64,000 bases of DNA from Malacoraja senta (lineage: Eukaryota). Shown piece by piece: positions 27,755 to 40,945 of this stretch (within the stretch, counting starts at the first letter, position 1; every line of letters starts with the position of its first letter). The position numbers were made by a program, and so were the translations under genes. The stretch lies in NCBI GenBank assembly GCA_038087875.1, contig CM075997.1, forward strand, positions 3,102,001 to 3,166,000, read 5' to 3'. Below the pieces are notes generated by a model, which had not been told where the DNA came from, did no database searches, and worked only from the letters and a program-made list of their open reading frames with translations.

Positions 27755-28964
27755 AAGCGAGTTCGGTATTCCGAAAAAACGCAAGGAATCATGGGATTGG
27801 TCAAAGGTCACTCGCTCTAAAGAAAAAGCCATCGAAGCGCTGGCTGAATAAACTGTATAAATTAATATCTTTATTCATGATCTATGTGTAAAAATATATT
27901 TAATCTGAGGAACGGGGATGCCAGGTAGCGGGAGAGCGGGGTGGAACAGCGAGAGAGGGGCAGATGCGAGTGGGAGACAGGGGGAGAGGCTGGACCGCCG
28001 GAGAGACATGCTCGGCAGCTGCACGCGCACAGACCCGCGCGTATCTGCAGTCAGGATTGCACCCGGGTGTTCCACCCCCCCCCCCCCCCCCCGAGTGTCC
28101 CATCCTCAACCGGGGGACGTCCGAAGACGTCCGGGGCAACCCCAGTCCGATGGGGCAGCGGCCCCCAGCCAGCGCGGAGAAGAAGAGGCAACTCCAGCAC
28201 AACCCTGCTCCAACTCCCGAGGAACCCGCTTCCCGTCAGGCCGGGGACCGCCAGTTGCACCCCCCGCCCCACCCAGCCGCTGCTGGCCAACCCCCCCGGC
28301 GCCGGCGAAAGCCAAGCACCAGCCATCAACGGGGATACACACAAAATGCTGCAGCAACTCAGTCGGACAGGCAGCATCCCCGGAGAAAAGGAATGGGTGA
28401 CGTTTCGGGTCGAGAACCTTCTCCGGAGATTTTGCCTGACCCGCCGAGCCACCACAGCACCTCATGTGCATTCCCGCCGATGACCGGCGCTCGGCACCTG
28501 CCGGCACTGAGGGGGCCAACCGACAGCCACTGGACAATACGAGAGGCGCGGCCGACGGTCCCTGACCTGCCAGGGAACGCCCCCCCCCCCCCCCCCCCGG
28601 GAGCTGGAGCAGAGCCACGCCAGCGCCTCACCAGTACAAGGCTGCCAGCCAACCCGGTGGGACAGGCAGAGCCGAGCTGGAGCTTGCGCCTCTCCCCCCG
28701 CTGGCTGCAAGTCCGGGGTCACCACCGCCCCGCCAGCCCACCCCGGACACCTCCGGCAGCCCCAGGACAGGGATGGGCACCCGGGAGAGGACGGGGACAG
28801 CCCAGCAGCAACTCAACAGCGCCCGCAGCGCCGGAGACCCAGGTCCGACCCCGACCACAGACGAAACACAAGCCTGCACATAACGCAGCAGCACAGCTAC
28901 CGAGAATGTTTATTTCGAGTGATCTACGACGTGGGCATGTGCAGTCGGAATACCAAACTCACTT
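27755..28964. mobile_element. Non-autonomous DNA transposon, 20-bp TIRs, AT target duplication, GC-rich interior
   Basis: Left end AAGCGAGTTCGGTATTCCGA; right end TCGGAATACCAAACTCACTT (reverse complement AAGTGAGTTTGGTATTCCGA, 18/20 identical). It interrupts a CR1 3' sequence GCCTCAGA-AT-TAAAGGAC, with AT on both sides. Confidence 0.8.
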
Positions 28965-31900
28965 ATTAAAGGACTTTCTTTTGGGAAGGAGTTGAGGAGA
29001 AATGTATTTAGTCAAAGAGTGATGAATCTGTGGAATTCTTTGCCACAGAAAGCTGTGGAGGCCAAGTCAGTGGCTATATGTAAGGTAGACGTAGATAGAT
29101 TCTTGATTAGTACGGGTGTCAGAGGTTATGGAGAGAAGGCAGGACATTGGAGTTAGGAGAAAGAGATAGATCACCCATGATTGAATGGCAGAGTGGATTT
29201 GATGAGCCAAATGGTCTAATTCTGCTCCTATTACTTATGATCTTATGAGCTATCAAACCCCGTTGGCATGGACCTGATGGGCCGAAGGGTCATTTTCATG
29301 CGGTATGACTCCAAAGGATATAATATAATGAAGTCAGTGTCAAATAGATTCTCCGAGTACATTTCTGGGATGAGGAGACTGTCCTATCATGAGGGGATAC
29401 AGGTTAAATCTGTATTCTTTCGAGTTTAGAAGAATGAGTGGCATTACTGAAATGTAAATCTTTAGGGGGCATGACAGGGTAAATGTTAATATGTTTTCAT
29501 CAGTGGAAGAGCCTTGAAGACTAGAATAGTTTCAGTATAAGAGACCGGTTTATAAAAAAAAGATGGACATAGTAGCTCCTTCTCACAGAAGGTGGTGAAT
29601 CCTGAAATTTCCCTGCCCCAGAGTTATGAAGGCTGCTTCATTAGAAGTATTTAGAGTAGAGGGAGATAAATGTTTGAAAGATCAAGAGATTGAGGGCCAT
29701 GGAGGCCCTCCACATAGGAAGAGTTAGCGTCTGGAGTAGAACTGCCATGATAATACTGAATGGAAGGACATGCTCGAGAAATCAGCTGGCCCACACTCGC
29801 TCCTATTATTTTTTGGTATTCTAGGTCCATGAGAAACAGGGGGATATCTCTAATGACTGGGGTACATTCTGCACAAAGATAATATGGCTGAGGTTACTGT
29901 TTGACAATCATTTCATCCCCAACAACATTTTCCATCCTAATATATCTGATTAAAATCCAAATTAAAACATGAGCATCTATCATCAACGGTCCCCACCATT
30001 CAGGTCATGCCCTCTTCTTGCTGCTACTGTCAGGCTGGAGGTACAGAAGCCTGAAGTCCCACAGCACCAGGGTCACAAACAGCTACTTTCCTACAATTAT
30101 CAGGTTCTTGAACTAACTTACACAAACCTGAATCCTACGTCGGCAACACAGCACTATAGACCTCTTGCACCAGCAAGAATTTGCTTTTTTCCCCCTAATT
30201 CTATTTTGCACTGACGCCTTGCATCTAAAGCAAGTCTTTAGCTGCTTCAGTACTAACTTTCGCTCCACAATGAGATCAGAAATAGGATTGAGCACTGACA
30301 GCTGCAGTCTTCAACTCCATTTGCAATTTTTCAGATAAAGAAATAGTCCTTGCCCACAGGCAGGAGGATCTGGATCAGTGCCAACGATATGTAATGGAAT
30401 ACTCTGCAACTGCATGGATAGGCATAGCTACAACATCCAATAGCTTGGCACAGAACAGGACAAATTATCACTTGGTCTGCACCCCTTCTATATCTTCCAC
30501 TGCCCACATACTGTGGTTTCAGTGTGGTATCCTTACAAGAAGCACCACAGAAGCCCGTCAAAACATCTTCACAAGCTCCAGCAATGTTAAGAAGGATGGA
30601 TGATATGGGTCCATTCACCAAATAAACCTCCCTAAATTCATTGCCATATTATTTTCCTGGACTTCCTTCCGACCATTATTTAACCACATGCGCTAGTATG
30701 GTAGACACAAAATGCTGGAGTAACTCGGCAGAACAGGCAACATCTCTGGAAGGAAGGAATGGGTGCCGTTTCGGATTGAGACCCTCTTCAGACCAAAACA
30801 TCACACATTTCGACTCGAAACATCACCTATTCCTTCTCTCCAGAGATGCTGCCTGCCTCGCTGAATTACTCCAGCATTTTGTGTCCATCTGCAGTGTAAA
30901 CCAGCATCTGCAGTTCCTTCTTACACATTTCTTAAGCTACTACGGTTTAAGGTGTCAACCTATTATAATCTTTATAGGCATAACTTGGATGGGCCTTAAG
31001 GATCAGCCTTGCCAATAACATTCACATCCAAAATTATTTTAAGATAGAATGCCAAGCAGGTTTCAGCAGAGGTCCAACTTGTATCTCTCATGAGCATGTT
31101 TTACAGGTTGCAAACATGCGAAGGAAATGGTTCAGAATAGAAGTGCTCATACTGATGGAGAAGGTTATTACCACCAGGAGGATCGCTGACTCTTCAATCG
31201 GAGGCAAATCACCCAGGAACTTATACCCGAGTCTGTAGAATTCTCTGCCTCAGAGGGCGGTGGAGGCAGGTTCTCTGGATGCTTTCAAGAGCGAGCTAGA
31301 TAGGGCTCTTAAAGATAGTGGAGTCAGGGGATATGGGGAGAAGGCAGGAACGGGGTACAGATTGGAGATGATCAGCCATGATCACAATGAATGGCGGTGC
31401 TGGCTCGAAGGGCCGAATGGCCTACTCCTGCACCTATTGTCTATTGTTGAGCCTTTGGCTCTTTTGTATTTTATCACAATTTCCCAATTTAACCGAGCAG
31501 AATTTTTCACGGGTGAGAAAGGAAAAAAAAAATCATTCAATCTTGGTAGGAAAAAAATACAAAAATTGAGTTTTCTTTTTAACTGGAGGATGATGGAAAG
31601 GTGTTCACAGGGACTCAAACATCTTCATGCACAGGTCAAGGAAAGTTACGGTACAGGGAGTAATTAGGAAAGTGAACAGCATGATGGTTTTTGATACCAA
31701 GAGTTGAGTATGCATCGCACTGCAATTATGAAAGGCCAGGTGATGCAGTACCAAAGTATTGTGTACAGAACTAGTGTCCCTTGCAAAAGAAGAATATATT
31801 TGCAAATAAAAAGTGTACAAAGCTTCACTGGATTGAAGATATTGTTCCTACAAGATGAGAGAAAGCACACGGGGCAAAAAACACTTCAGAGTTTTGGAAA

Positions 31901-34199
31901 TGCTAAATTACGTAATTAAAGGATTTCAAATTCTTATTGGGCTAGATAGAGTAGATGCAACTACGTAGCCACAAGGGAACTGCAGACGCTGGTTCAGCAG
32001 GTCAGGCAGCCTCTCTGGAGGCATGGATAGAAGAAAAGCTGGAAGAAAGGTGGAGGCAAGACTAAGTCTGGTAAGTGATAGGTAGATAGAGGTGAGGGGT
32101 GGTTTTGATTGGCAGACAGTTGGACAAAAGCCGGAGATGAAAAGACAAAGTGTGCAATAAGGAGACCAGTGTAGGAGCACGAATTACAAAGTCAGGTGGA
32201 AGGGAAATAATGGGTGCACATCCTGGTGGGGCACATGGAAGAGAAGAGGAAAAAAGTGGGGTGAGGAAAGTGGGCAGTGATGTTTTTTATCTAGGTTACA
32301 TAAAACTAGGGAATTCAATGTTCGTACCTTCCGAAGCGTCCACCAGGGAAGTTGGACAATTTTATACTGGACATTTTTTACATTTATCAAGCCAATTAAC
32401 CTACAAACCTGTACGTCTTTGGAGTGTGGGAGGAAACCGAAGATCTCGGAGAAAACCCACGCAAGTTACGTGGAGAGCGTACAAACTCCGTACAGAGAGC
32501 GCGCGTATTCGGGATCGAACCCGGGTCTCCGACACTGCATTTTGCTGTAAGGCAGCAAATCTATTGCTGCGCCACCATGACTACCATCAGGCTGTAAACG
32601 TCCCAAGCGAAATATAATGTTTTCCCCTCGCTACAATCTGCAGTCAGCCTCAAAGTGAATGGCAACTTTTAAGGATAGACAAGAGCAAATTTCTTCACCC
32701 AGAGTTTGTAGACCTTCGGGATTCTCCATCACAAAAGTTGTGAAGGTATCGTCGCTGAATATGCAAAAGACAGAGGCATCTTGACTATTAAGGGAAGGGA
32801 ACCAAGAAATATAGGGTCAGTTCAGGAAAGTGGCATTGAGGTAAAAGCTATGACATTGAATGGCAGATCTGCAAGCACATGAAAAACTTATTCCTTCTTG
32901 CATTCTTATGTCAAGGAGAAATAAATTTATTATTTATCATTCTGAAATGAAATGCTGCGTCAAATATAAGCAATAACAATGTATAAGCCTTGCATTTCCC
33001 AGAGATATATTTAGGCTTATTGTTGTCACCTATGTAGTCAATGCCTACTATGTTCTGTTGTGCTGAAGCAAAGCAAGAATTTCATTGTCCTATCAGGGAC
33101 ACATGACAATAAACTCTCTTCAGAATCTTGAATCTATGCTGAGGTACAGTGAATCACTTTGTTTTGCATGCCATGCAATCAGTTAATACTATAAATAAGC
33201 ACAATCACTCGCGTGTAATAAAATAGAGCTAAGGGGAAGGTACAGAGTGCAGAATATCGTTCTCAGCATAGCACTTCAAGTCAATAGTGGGCATACTATT
33301 CATACCATGGCCCAGGGAACTCAGAAAGAGAGATGGCATTTGAACTTACAAAGAAATTAGATGCAAAGTACAGATGTGATGTATGTGAACTTCTGACGAC
33401 TGCCCGTTGTTCCAAATTCATATATCATTTACTAGAGAACCTACTACTGCCACTCATATATGACTAACACTTCTAATTATAGTTATATTCAATTATTGCA
33501 TAAATGATAATATATCCCTTTCTTCCGAAGCACACACGAGACCTGATTAGATCAATATGCACCTCTTTGCACAGATAACTGTTGATATCTATCGCCAGGG
33601 TAATTTGACTAATACCCGACTGCATTGTGTAATGTCTGCTACAACATATTGCTCTGCTTTCAAGAAAGGGTAGCAGTCCTTTGCTCAGCATCCTCCTCTC
33701 TGGGATCAACGTTAAACACAACCGTCACAATCTCACGAGCAGGCAAAGTGCATGAGCTGAATACTTCATTCAAGTGCACAAAAACTTCACAAAGTACAGT
33801 CAGGTATTGGGAACTGGGAGAAAGAGCAGGGGATGGTGGAGCCTGGGGCGATGGAGAATGGAAGGATAGTGGACGTGGGCTCCCGGAGGATGTGGAGAAA
33901 GTGGACACGATCAGGTGTGTAAGGGAAAGCGCGGGATGGCCCTGAGCCCAGGTATAGAGAGGGGAGGGGGATAAGAAAGGGGCAATGTCTCGGGAGGGAT
34001 GGCGGGGCTGGGTTGGGAGTAGAGAGGGGAGAGTAGCGTGTCAAACAGAGGGGGTATCGGCCCCATGGGATGGGATTGCGGTGGCTGTGGTGCAAAAGCG
34101 GGCAGTACAGTTCCTAGAGAAAGGGAGAGAGATTGCATGGCAAAGTGCGGGGCAAGGAGAGAGAGCACAGCTCCGGGAAGGGGAAGAGCGGAGCAGTGA

Positions 34200-34890
34200 A
34201 TGAAAGGAGAAAGGACTCTGGCGGGGGGGGCAAGAACCGCTGCCGGTCCCTCTCCTCAGACACCGACGACCAGGCTTCACCGCCGGGCCCAGCTCCGGGC
34301 CACGACCCTCGCACAGGCCCGCCTCCGGGGTCAGAGCCGGGCGCCATTCTCCTGGCCGCCCGCAGCGTGCGTGTATGTGTGTGTATATATGTATATGTGA
34401 GACTCGTAGGCCTAGCGAGCCGTCTCGGCACCCACCTCCGACCCGGTACATGTTGGCTGCCATCTTGCTGCGTGCCCTGGGCGGTGCGAGGAGGGAAGAG
34501 CTCCCGCGGCCTGGCGCTCCGGCTCGGCTACTCGGTGTGGCTGAGTGAGTAGGCCGCCCCGCCACCGCCGTCGCCGCCGCTCGGCAATCTCCGTGTGCGC
34601 TCGACTCCGGGGAGGAGGAGGAGGAGGAGGTGATGGTGTTGAGTTGTGAGGGAGGGGGGAGGGAGGGAAAGTTGGGATCGTCGCCAGGCTCCGCCCCCGG
34701 GGCCTGGGCCTGGGATCGGCCCGCTGCTCAGTCCGCTCCGGCCGCTCGGCTCGGTTCCCGGCGGCGCGATGGCCGCGTTGTGGCGGTGGCCGCGGCCTTG
34801 CTCCCTCGTCCGTGTCCCTCAGCGCCTCTCCCGCCGAGCGCTTCCCGTCTCCATGGAAACCCCGCCCGGCGGACGCCTTAAAGCTGGCCT
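34200..34890 (-). promoter_or_regulatory. CpG island / promoter and 5'UTR of the MTA gene
   Basis: Very GC- and CpG-rich against an AT-rich background. It has a GC box (GGCTCCGCCCC, ~34688), an RFX X-box-like GTCTCCATGGAAAC (34847-34860) and a YY1-like AAGATGGC over the start codon. Confidence 0.8.
34436..34463 (-). CDS. MTA1/2/3: MTA-family (metastasis-associated protein, NuRD subunit) coding exon 1, MAANMYRVG + phase-1 G
   Basis: Minus strand reads CAAG-ATG GCA GCC AAC ATG TAC CGG GTC GGA G|GTGGGT. MAANMYRVG is the conserved N-terminus of MTA1/2/3. The 28-nt coding exon is followed by a GT donor and lies in a CpG island. The paralogue cannot be resolved from this sequence. Confidence 0.95.
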
Positions 34891-35279
34891 GTCCCACGTC
34901 CCATCAATGGGTGCACAACCTCAATTCGAATCATTGCAAGGAATGACTGGGAAAATAAAAGATGGAGACACAAAGAACTGCGAATGAACTCCAAGCACAG
35001 ATGAAAAAAATGGGGAGGCAAAGAACTGCAGGTGCTGAAACCTTGAGCCAACCACAAAGTGCTGGAGTAACAGAGGGTCAGGCAGCATCTGCTTCGGGTC
35101 AGGACCTTTGGGTCTTCAACAACAACAACAACAATCAGTTTTATTCGTCAGACCAAAATATTCTTCAGAACAAAATATACACAAAATGCAAACAAGGAAC
35201 TGCAGATGCTGGTTTACCAAAAAAAACCCAAGGTGCTGGAGTAATTCAGCAGTACAGACAGCATCCATGGAGAACATGG

Positions 35280-35717
35280 ATAGACTTGGTTTATACTCAC
35301 TAGAATTTAGGAGATTGAGAGGGGATCTTATAGAAACTTACAAAATTCTTAAGGGGTTGGACAGGCTAGATGCAGGAAGATTGCTCCCGATGTTGGGGAA
35401 GTCCAGGACAAGGGGTCACAGCTTAAGGATAAGGGGGAAATCCTTTAAAACCGAGATGAGAAGAACTTTTTTCACACAGAGAGTGGTGAATCTCTGGAAC
35501 TCTCTGCCACAGAGGGTAGTCGAGGCCAGTTCATTGGCTATATTTAAGAGGGAGCTAGATGTGGCCCTTGTGGCTAAAGGGATCAGAGGGTATGGAGAGA
35601 AGGCAGGTACGGGATACTGAGTTGGATGATCAGCCATGATCATATTGAATGGCGGTGCAGGCTCGAAGGGCCGAATGGCCTACTCCTGCACCTAATTTCT
35701 ATGTTTCTATGTTTCTA
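35280..35717 (+). mobile_element. CR1/HER1 LINE 3' end
   Basis: LGLYSLEFRRLRGDLIETYKIL...RTRGHSLRI...FFTQRVVNLWNSLP, followed by the CR1 3' UTR and a (TTTCTATG)n tail. Confidence 0.9.
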
Positions 35718-37871
35718 TAGGTGTCGCTTCAGGTCGGCACCCTTCTTCAGACCAAACCCAAAATGTCTCCAGAGATGTTGCCTGACCCGCTGAGTTACCC
35801 CAGCACCTTGTGGTTGTTTTGTAAACCTGCATCTGTAACTCCTTGTTTCTATGCCTTCTTAAGACTGATTGATTGAAAGATACAACATAGAAACAGGCCC
35901 TTCGGCCCACCGAGTCCACGCGACCATCGATCATTCGTTCACACTAGTTCTATGTTATCCCATTTTCTCATCTGCTCCCAACACACTTGGGTCAATTTTA
36001 CAGAGGCTAATCGTTCGGAAGTGGGAGCGAACCAGGGCATCCAGAGGAAACAAGCAGTCACAAGCAGAAAGTGCAAACTCCACACAGTCACTGCCGGAGG
36101 TCAGAGTTGAAGCTGGGTCTCTATGACACTGAGACAGCAGCTCTACCTTCTGCACCATTGTGCCACCCTGACATGAGTAGAATCCAGAAGCACAGCACAA
36201 AGTCTGCCGATCTCAATGCTAAGACCAATCCTTATCTGCCTGCATCTGATCTATATCCCACCATTCCCTACACATCACAAATGTCTATTAATGCCACCAT
36301 TATATCGGCCTCTACCATCATTTTATCTGCCTCTACCGTCGTTTTATCTGTAGTCAGGAAACCGAGCACAATGAGAAACCCCACCCGGTCACAGAAAGAA
36401 CTTGCATACTCCGTACAGACAGCACCCATAGTCAGGATTGAGCCCGGGTCTCTGGTGCTGTAGGGCAGAAACACTCACCGCTATGTCACCATGCCGCCAA
36501 AGGATGTGGTTAAGGATGTGCTCAAAGCCTCTGAAAAAGTTCACGATTCTCACTGAATCTTGGGGATTCCTGGATATCACCATACAAAGTGGAAACCTTC
36601 AATCTATGCATCAGGATCAAGAGCTCACCCAAGTCCAGAGTACATACTGGGAAGAGTGCCCCATTTCATAATTTATCCGCTCATCCTGTCAGGTACCTAC
36701 TATCCTACCTGTCAAAATATCAGTGGTTCCCACAATGGCATCATCGGTCACCATATAGAAGAACACCCAGATCCCTCTGAACAGCAACTCCTTTCAATCC
36801 AAACATACGTTGTTTTTCTACTTTCTTGACCAAGGTGGATAACCTTACATTTTGTGCACATTATATTTCCACCACTTCTTTTCCACATTTGGGATAATAC
36901 ATGCCATTGTCCCTGCGTACATAAAAAAATAAAATGTTACTAAAACTATTTCTACAACAAATGACCCGATGAAATGAATAATGGGAAAGGAGAAATTGGC
37001 AGGTAAATTTAACAGTGTCTTTCGTCAGCTAGAAGATAGAACAAACATCCCAGAGAAAAACAACTGTAAATGGGATTCAGAAAGGAGATAGGAATTCACA
37101 GAACACCGGAATTAATTTACGTCACAGAAGGTGGCTTAGAGGCCAAGTGATTGGGTATTTTTAAAGCAGAGGTTGACAGGTTCTTTAAAGATAGACACAA
37201 ATCGCTGGAGTAACTCAGCGGGACAGGCAGCATCTCTGGGGAGAAGGAATGGGTGATGTTTCGGGTTGAGACCCTTCTTCAGACAGGTTGACAGGTTCTT
37301 GATTTGTAAGGGTGTCAAAGGTTATGGGAAGAAGGCAGGAGAATGGGGTGGAGAGGGAAAATAGATCAGCCATGATTGTATGGTGGAGTAGACTCCATGG
37401 GCTGAGTGGCCCAATTGTGCTCCTATGACTTATGAAGAAGTGAGGATATTTGTATCTAGTTCAGCAGTGATGTGCATCTGTGTAATGCTGATGGAATGGA
37501 CAATGGTGTAACCCTCTGATCTGGAGAAAATGGCACTCACTAGGAAGTGGTAGATAAATTCTTCTCCGTGGATAAATTCTGTCGTGGTGGAGAAGCTTGT
37601 GTGGTCCTGAGATCCTGAAAGCGATGCCATCTGGAGCTATGCTCCTGGTAGGGCCACCCATGGCAGTAAGGTCGAGGGGGAGGACTCTGACAAAGACCTC
37701 AACGGTGGAACAGGCGGAGGACGATGGCTGACCTTAGTAGAGCATCACAACGGCTGGGAAGGTGGGAACCAGAAAACAGGAGAGCACAATCCAGAAAGTT
37801 CAGTGATTATCAGAAGGAAATGGTAAAGAAAATGATTAAAAACAGCATTACAGGAGACTTAGAACAATTGC

Positions 37872-38376
37872 TCCCTGTTGGATTGCAACCTTGTCGTGGT
37901 CAGTGAGCTTGTGTGTCTCAGTGACCCCTAGAGCTTTGCCAGCGGGAGATTTATCTCCTGTTAGGGTCTCCCATGCTGGACAGGCCGAAGGGTAGAGGCG
38001 AGACGAAGAGCGATCCACTGGTCCTCCAGGTTGGAGGTTGAGCACAGGGCTAACAACCCTGTCTCATAAAACAAATATGTTACAGAAACAGCAACTGAAG
38101 GAATCAACACTACTGGGCGTGATGGACTTCCAGGGCTATCGACAGATGCTAGGATGAATGTACCAGACAGCATCCCAAGAATAGCTCTGCACTGGACACC
38201 GGAAGGGAAAAGGAAAAGAGGGAGACCCAAAACCACCTGGCGTAGAGGAGGAACTGTAGAGGAGGAAATGAAAACAATGGGGTAGTGTCCAGAAGCTAGC
38301 GCAGAACAGACAGGAGTGGAGGACATTCGTTACTGCCCTACATGCCAGGAGGCATAATAGGCAGTAAGTAAGTAAG
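37872..38376 (+). mobile_element. Internally deleted RTE-clade element (5'UTR joined to 3' end)
   Basis: RTE-like 5'UTR (CCTTGTCGTGGT...TAGGGTCTCCCATG), then ALHWTPEGKRKRGRPKTTWRR and a (TAAG)n tail. 12-bp TSD TAGAACAATTGC at 37860-37871 and 38377-38388. Confidence 0.8.
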
Positions 38377-38689
38377 TAGAACAATTGCAGGTAATCAGAG
38401 TAAATCAACATGACTGGATAGCACACAAAACATTGTACCCGGTACAGATGACAATAATAAACTAAACTAAATTCCACACAGACAGCACCAGAGGTCAGTA
38501 CTGAACCCAGATAGTACATCTAGCTGTGCCAATATTCTTCCTCGGTTTATTTGCTATTAAACAACTATACTGTATCAAATTGTGAGCTGGTATTCATCTG
38601 GAACTCAACTGGAACAGACATATAAACGATGTGGCTGCAAGAGAGACTTCTGCAAGATAGCATATCACTGATCACTGTCAGAACATTCC

Positions 38690-38875
38690 AAAGCATTTTA
38701 CCGCCAAGGAAATACTTTGGGTTTGTAATGTAGAACATGCAGAGGCAATGTGCACACAGCAAGCTCCCACAACAGGCAATCTCATCACGGCCAGAGAATC
38801 TGCTTGCTTTCCAGAAATGAGGCATAAATATTGGCCAAGGCATTGGGAATAATTTCCCTGCTCATCTTTGACAGA
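38690..38875 (-). mobile_element. Deu-domain SINE remnant (SacSINE1/AmnSINE-like)
   Basis: Reverse complement gives GAGCAGGGAAATTATTCCC...TTGGCCAATATTTATGCCTCA...TGTTGTGGGAGCTTGCTGTGTGCACATT...AAAATGCTTTGG, resembling the Deu core and L2-type tail. Weaker remnants lie at ~13620-13790 and ~50590-50680. Confidence 0.6.
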
Positions 38876-38892
38876 GTTTTGCAGGTTCTTTG

Positions 38893-39215
38893 AGGCGGCA
38901 CGGTGGCGCAGCAGTATTGATGCCTTGTAGCGCTTTCAGCGCCAGAGACCTGGGTTCGATCCTGGCTACGGGTGCTGTCTGTATGGAGTTTGTATGTTCT
39001 CCCTATAACCGTGTGGGTTTTCTCCGAGATCTTTGATTTCCTCCCACACTCCAAAGAGGTACAAGTTTGTAGGTTAATTGGCTTTGTATAAACGTAAATT
39101 GTCCCTATTCACTATAAATGTAGGATAGTTTTAACCGGGGATCGCTGATCGGCGCGGACATGGTGGGCCGAAGGGCCTGTTTCCACGCTGTACCTCTACA
39201 CTAAACTAAACTAAA
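38893..39215 (+). mobile_element. tRNA-derived V-SINE (HE1-like); representative copy
   Basis: A-box GGTGGCGCAG, B-box GGTTCGATCC, central GGAGTTTGTATGTTCTCCC...GTGGGTTTTCTCC core, and CR1-type tail GGGCCGAAGGGCCTGTTTCC...(CTAAA)n. Other copies lie at ~6317-6630(-), 32385-32575(-), 35875-36165(-), 42440-43105(+), 44430-44825(-), 46600-47080(-), 52800-53105(+), 59345-59500(+), 59688-59985(-) and 60650-60940(+). Confidence 0.85.
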
Positions 39216-40408
39216 TCAGCTCATATCTTATGCAACCTACTGCGACCCCAACAATGGTTCAGGGGTATTTTATTGTCACATACCGAGGTACAGTGAAATT
39301 CATTTTGAATACAGTTCAGTACAAGTATCACTACATAAACACTTAGATACATCTTAGATAAGCATCTCAGGTACAGTACAAGTGTACGGTAGTAGAACAC
39401 GGAGACAGTACACAGAGTTGCTAGATTTGGCATCATTTTCAAGTCCCAGTTGTAAAAGGAATAGAGTTCTTAACCTGACCATGAAGGTCTGTTGTCCTGG
39501 CGACGTTGCATGAGACAGTATACAGAGTCGAGAGTCCAGATTTTGCACCATTTTCTAGTTCCAATTGTTATAAGTGTACAATTCTTAAACTGACCGTGAT
39601 GGCTCGTTGGTCTCGACGATATACAGGAGCCCACACAGGGAGTACTGGATACAGTAGATGAGGTTGGAGGAAGTGCAAATAAACCTCTTCCACACCTGTA
39701 AGGACTGTCGGTGTCCTTAGGCGGACCGTTCCGAATACATAGAAACATAGAAAATAGGTGCAGGAGTACCGCCATCTAAAATGATCATGGCTGATCATCC
39801 AAAATCAGTACCCCGTTCCTGATTTCTCCCCATATCCCTTGATTCCGTGAGCACTAAGAACTATATCTAACTCTCTCTCATATATCCGGTAAATTAGCTT
39901 CCCCTGCCTTCTGTGGCACAGAATTCCACAGATTCACAACTCTGGGTGAAAACGTTTTTCCTCACCTCAGTTCTAAATGGCCTACCCCTTATTCTTACCG
40001 TTGGTCTCCTCTCGGAGGACGTGACCTCTGTGATCCAGCAAAACGGAAAGGTGTAGGAAGGAACTGCAGATGCTGGTTTAAACCGAAGATAGACACAAAA
40101 CGTTGGAGTAACTCAGCGGGACAGGCAGCATCTCTGGAGAAAGGGAATAGGTGACGTTTCGGGTCGAGACCAAGAAGGGTCACCCGCTGAGTTACATCAA
40201 CTTTTTATTCCTATTTTCTAATCCAGAAAGGGTGCCGGAAAAAGGGTGGCGCACCTGTATCAACCAATAAAGCACTGAATCCATTCAACTGTTGCCTGGC
40301 TCGCACCTCGCTGATGAGGAGCACCCCTTCTTCCAGATGCCCTGAATGTTTTCACTGGAAGAGAACTAAGCAGACATTGGAAGCAAAGATACTAGCCTTC
40401 TATGATCT

Positions 40409-40945
40409 ATGAGTTTTGGTCCCCTAATTTGAGGAAAGACATTCTTGCTATTGAGGGAGTGCAGCGTAGGTTTACAAGGTTAATTCCCGGGATGGCAGGA
40501 CTGTCATATGCTGAGAGAATGGAGCAGCTGGGCTTGTACACCATGGAGTTTAGAAGGATGAGAGGGGATCGCATTGAAACACATAAGATTGTATGCTTGG
40601 ACACGCTAGAGGCAGGAAACATGTTCCCGATGTTGGGGGAGACCAGAACCAGGGGCCACAGTTTACGAAAAAGGAGTAAGCCATTTAGAACGGAGACGAG
40701 GAAACACTTTTTCTCACAAAGAGTGGTGAGTCTGTGGAATTCTCTGCCTCAGAGGGCGGTGGAGACAGGTTCTCTGGATGCTTTCAAGAGAGAGCTAGAT
40801 AGGGCTCTTAAAAATAGCGGAGTCAGGGGATATGGGGAGAAGGCAGGAACGGGGTACTGATTGGGGATGATCTGCCATGATCCCATTGAATGGCGGTGCT
40901 GGCTCGAAGGGCTGAATGGCCTACTCCTGCACCTATTGTCTATTA
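40409..40945 (+). mobile_element. CR1/HER1 LINE 3' end
   Basis: FWSPNLRKDILAIEGVQRRFTRLIPGM...FFSQRVVSLWNSLPQ and a (CTATTGT)n tail. Similar fragments lie at 19555-19925, 28967-29230, 31230-31447, 45975-46590, 59007-59245 (-) and 63095-63245. Confidence 0.9.

Noticed and set aside
27964..28995. 343-aa and overlapping Pro/Arg/Gly-rich ORFs
   Set aside because: Open in several frames on both strands because of high GC. No recognisable domain, and they run through poly-C tracts and repeat fragments.
34041..34565. 174-aa ORF containing MAANMYRVG
   Set aside because: Only the 28-nt exon is real coding sequence. The rest is 5'UTR and intron read-through.
38893..38970. tRNA gene
   Set aside because: The A/B boxes belong to a multi-copy SINE head. 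There is no cloverleaf or terminator.
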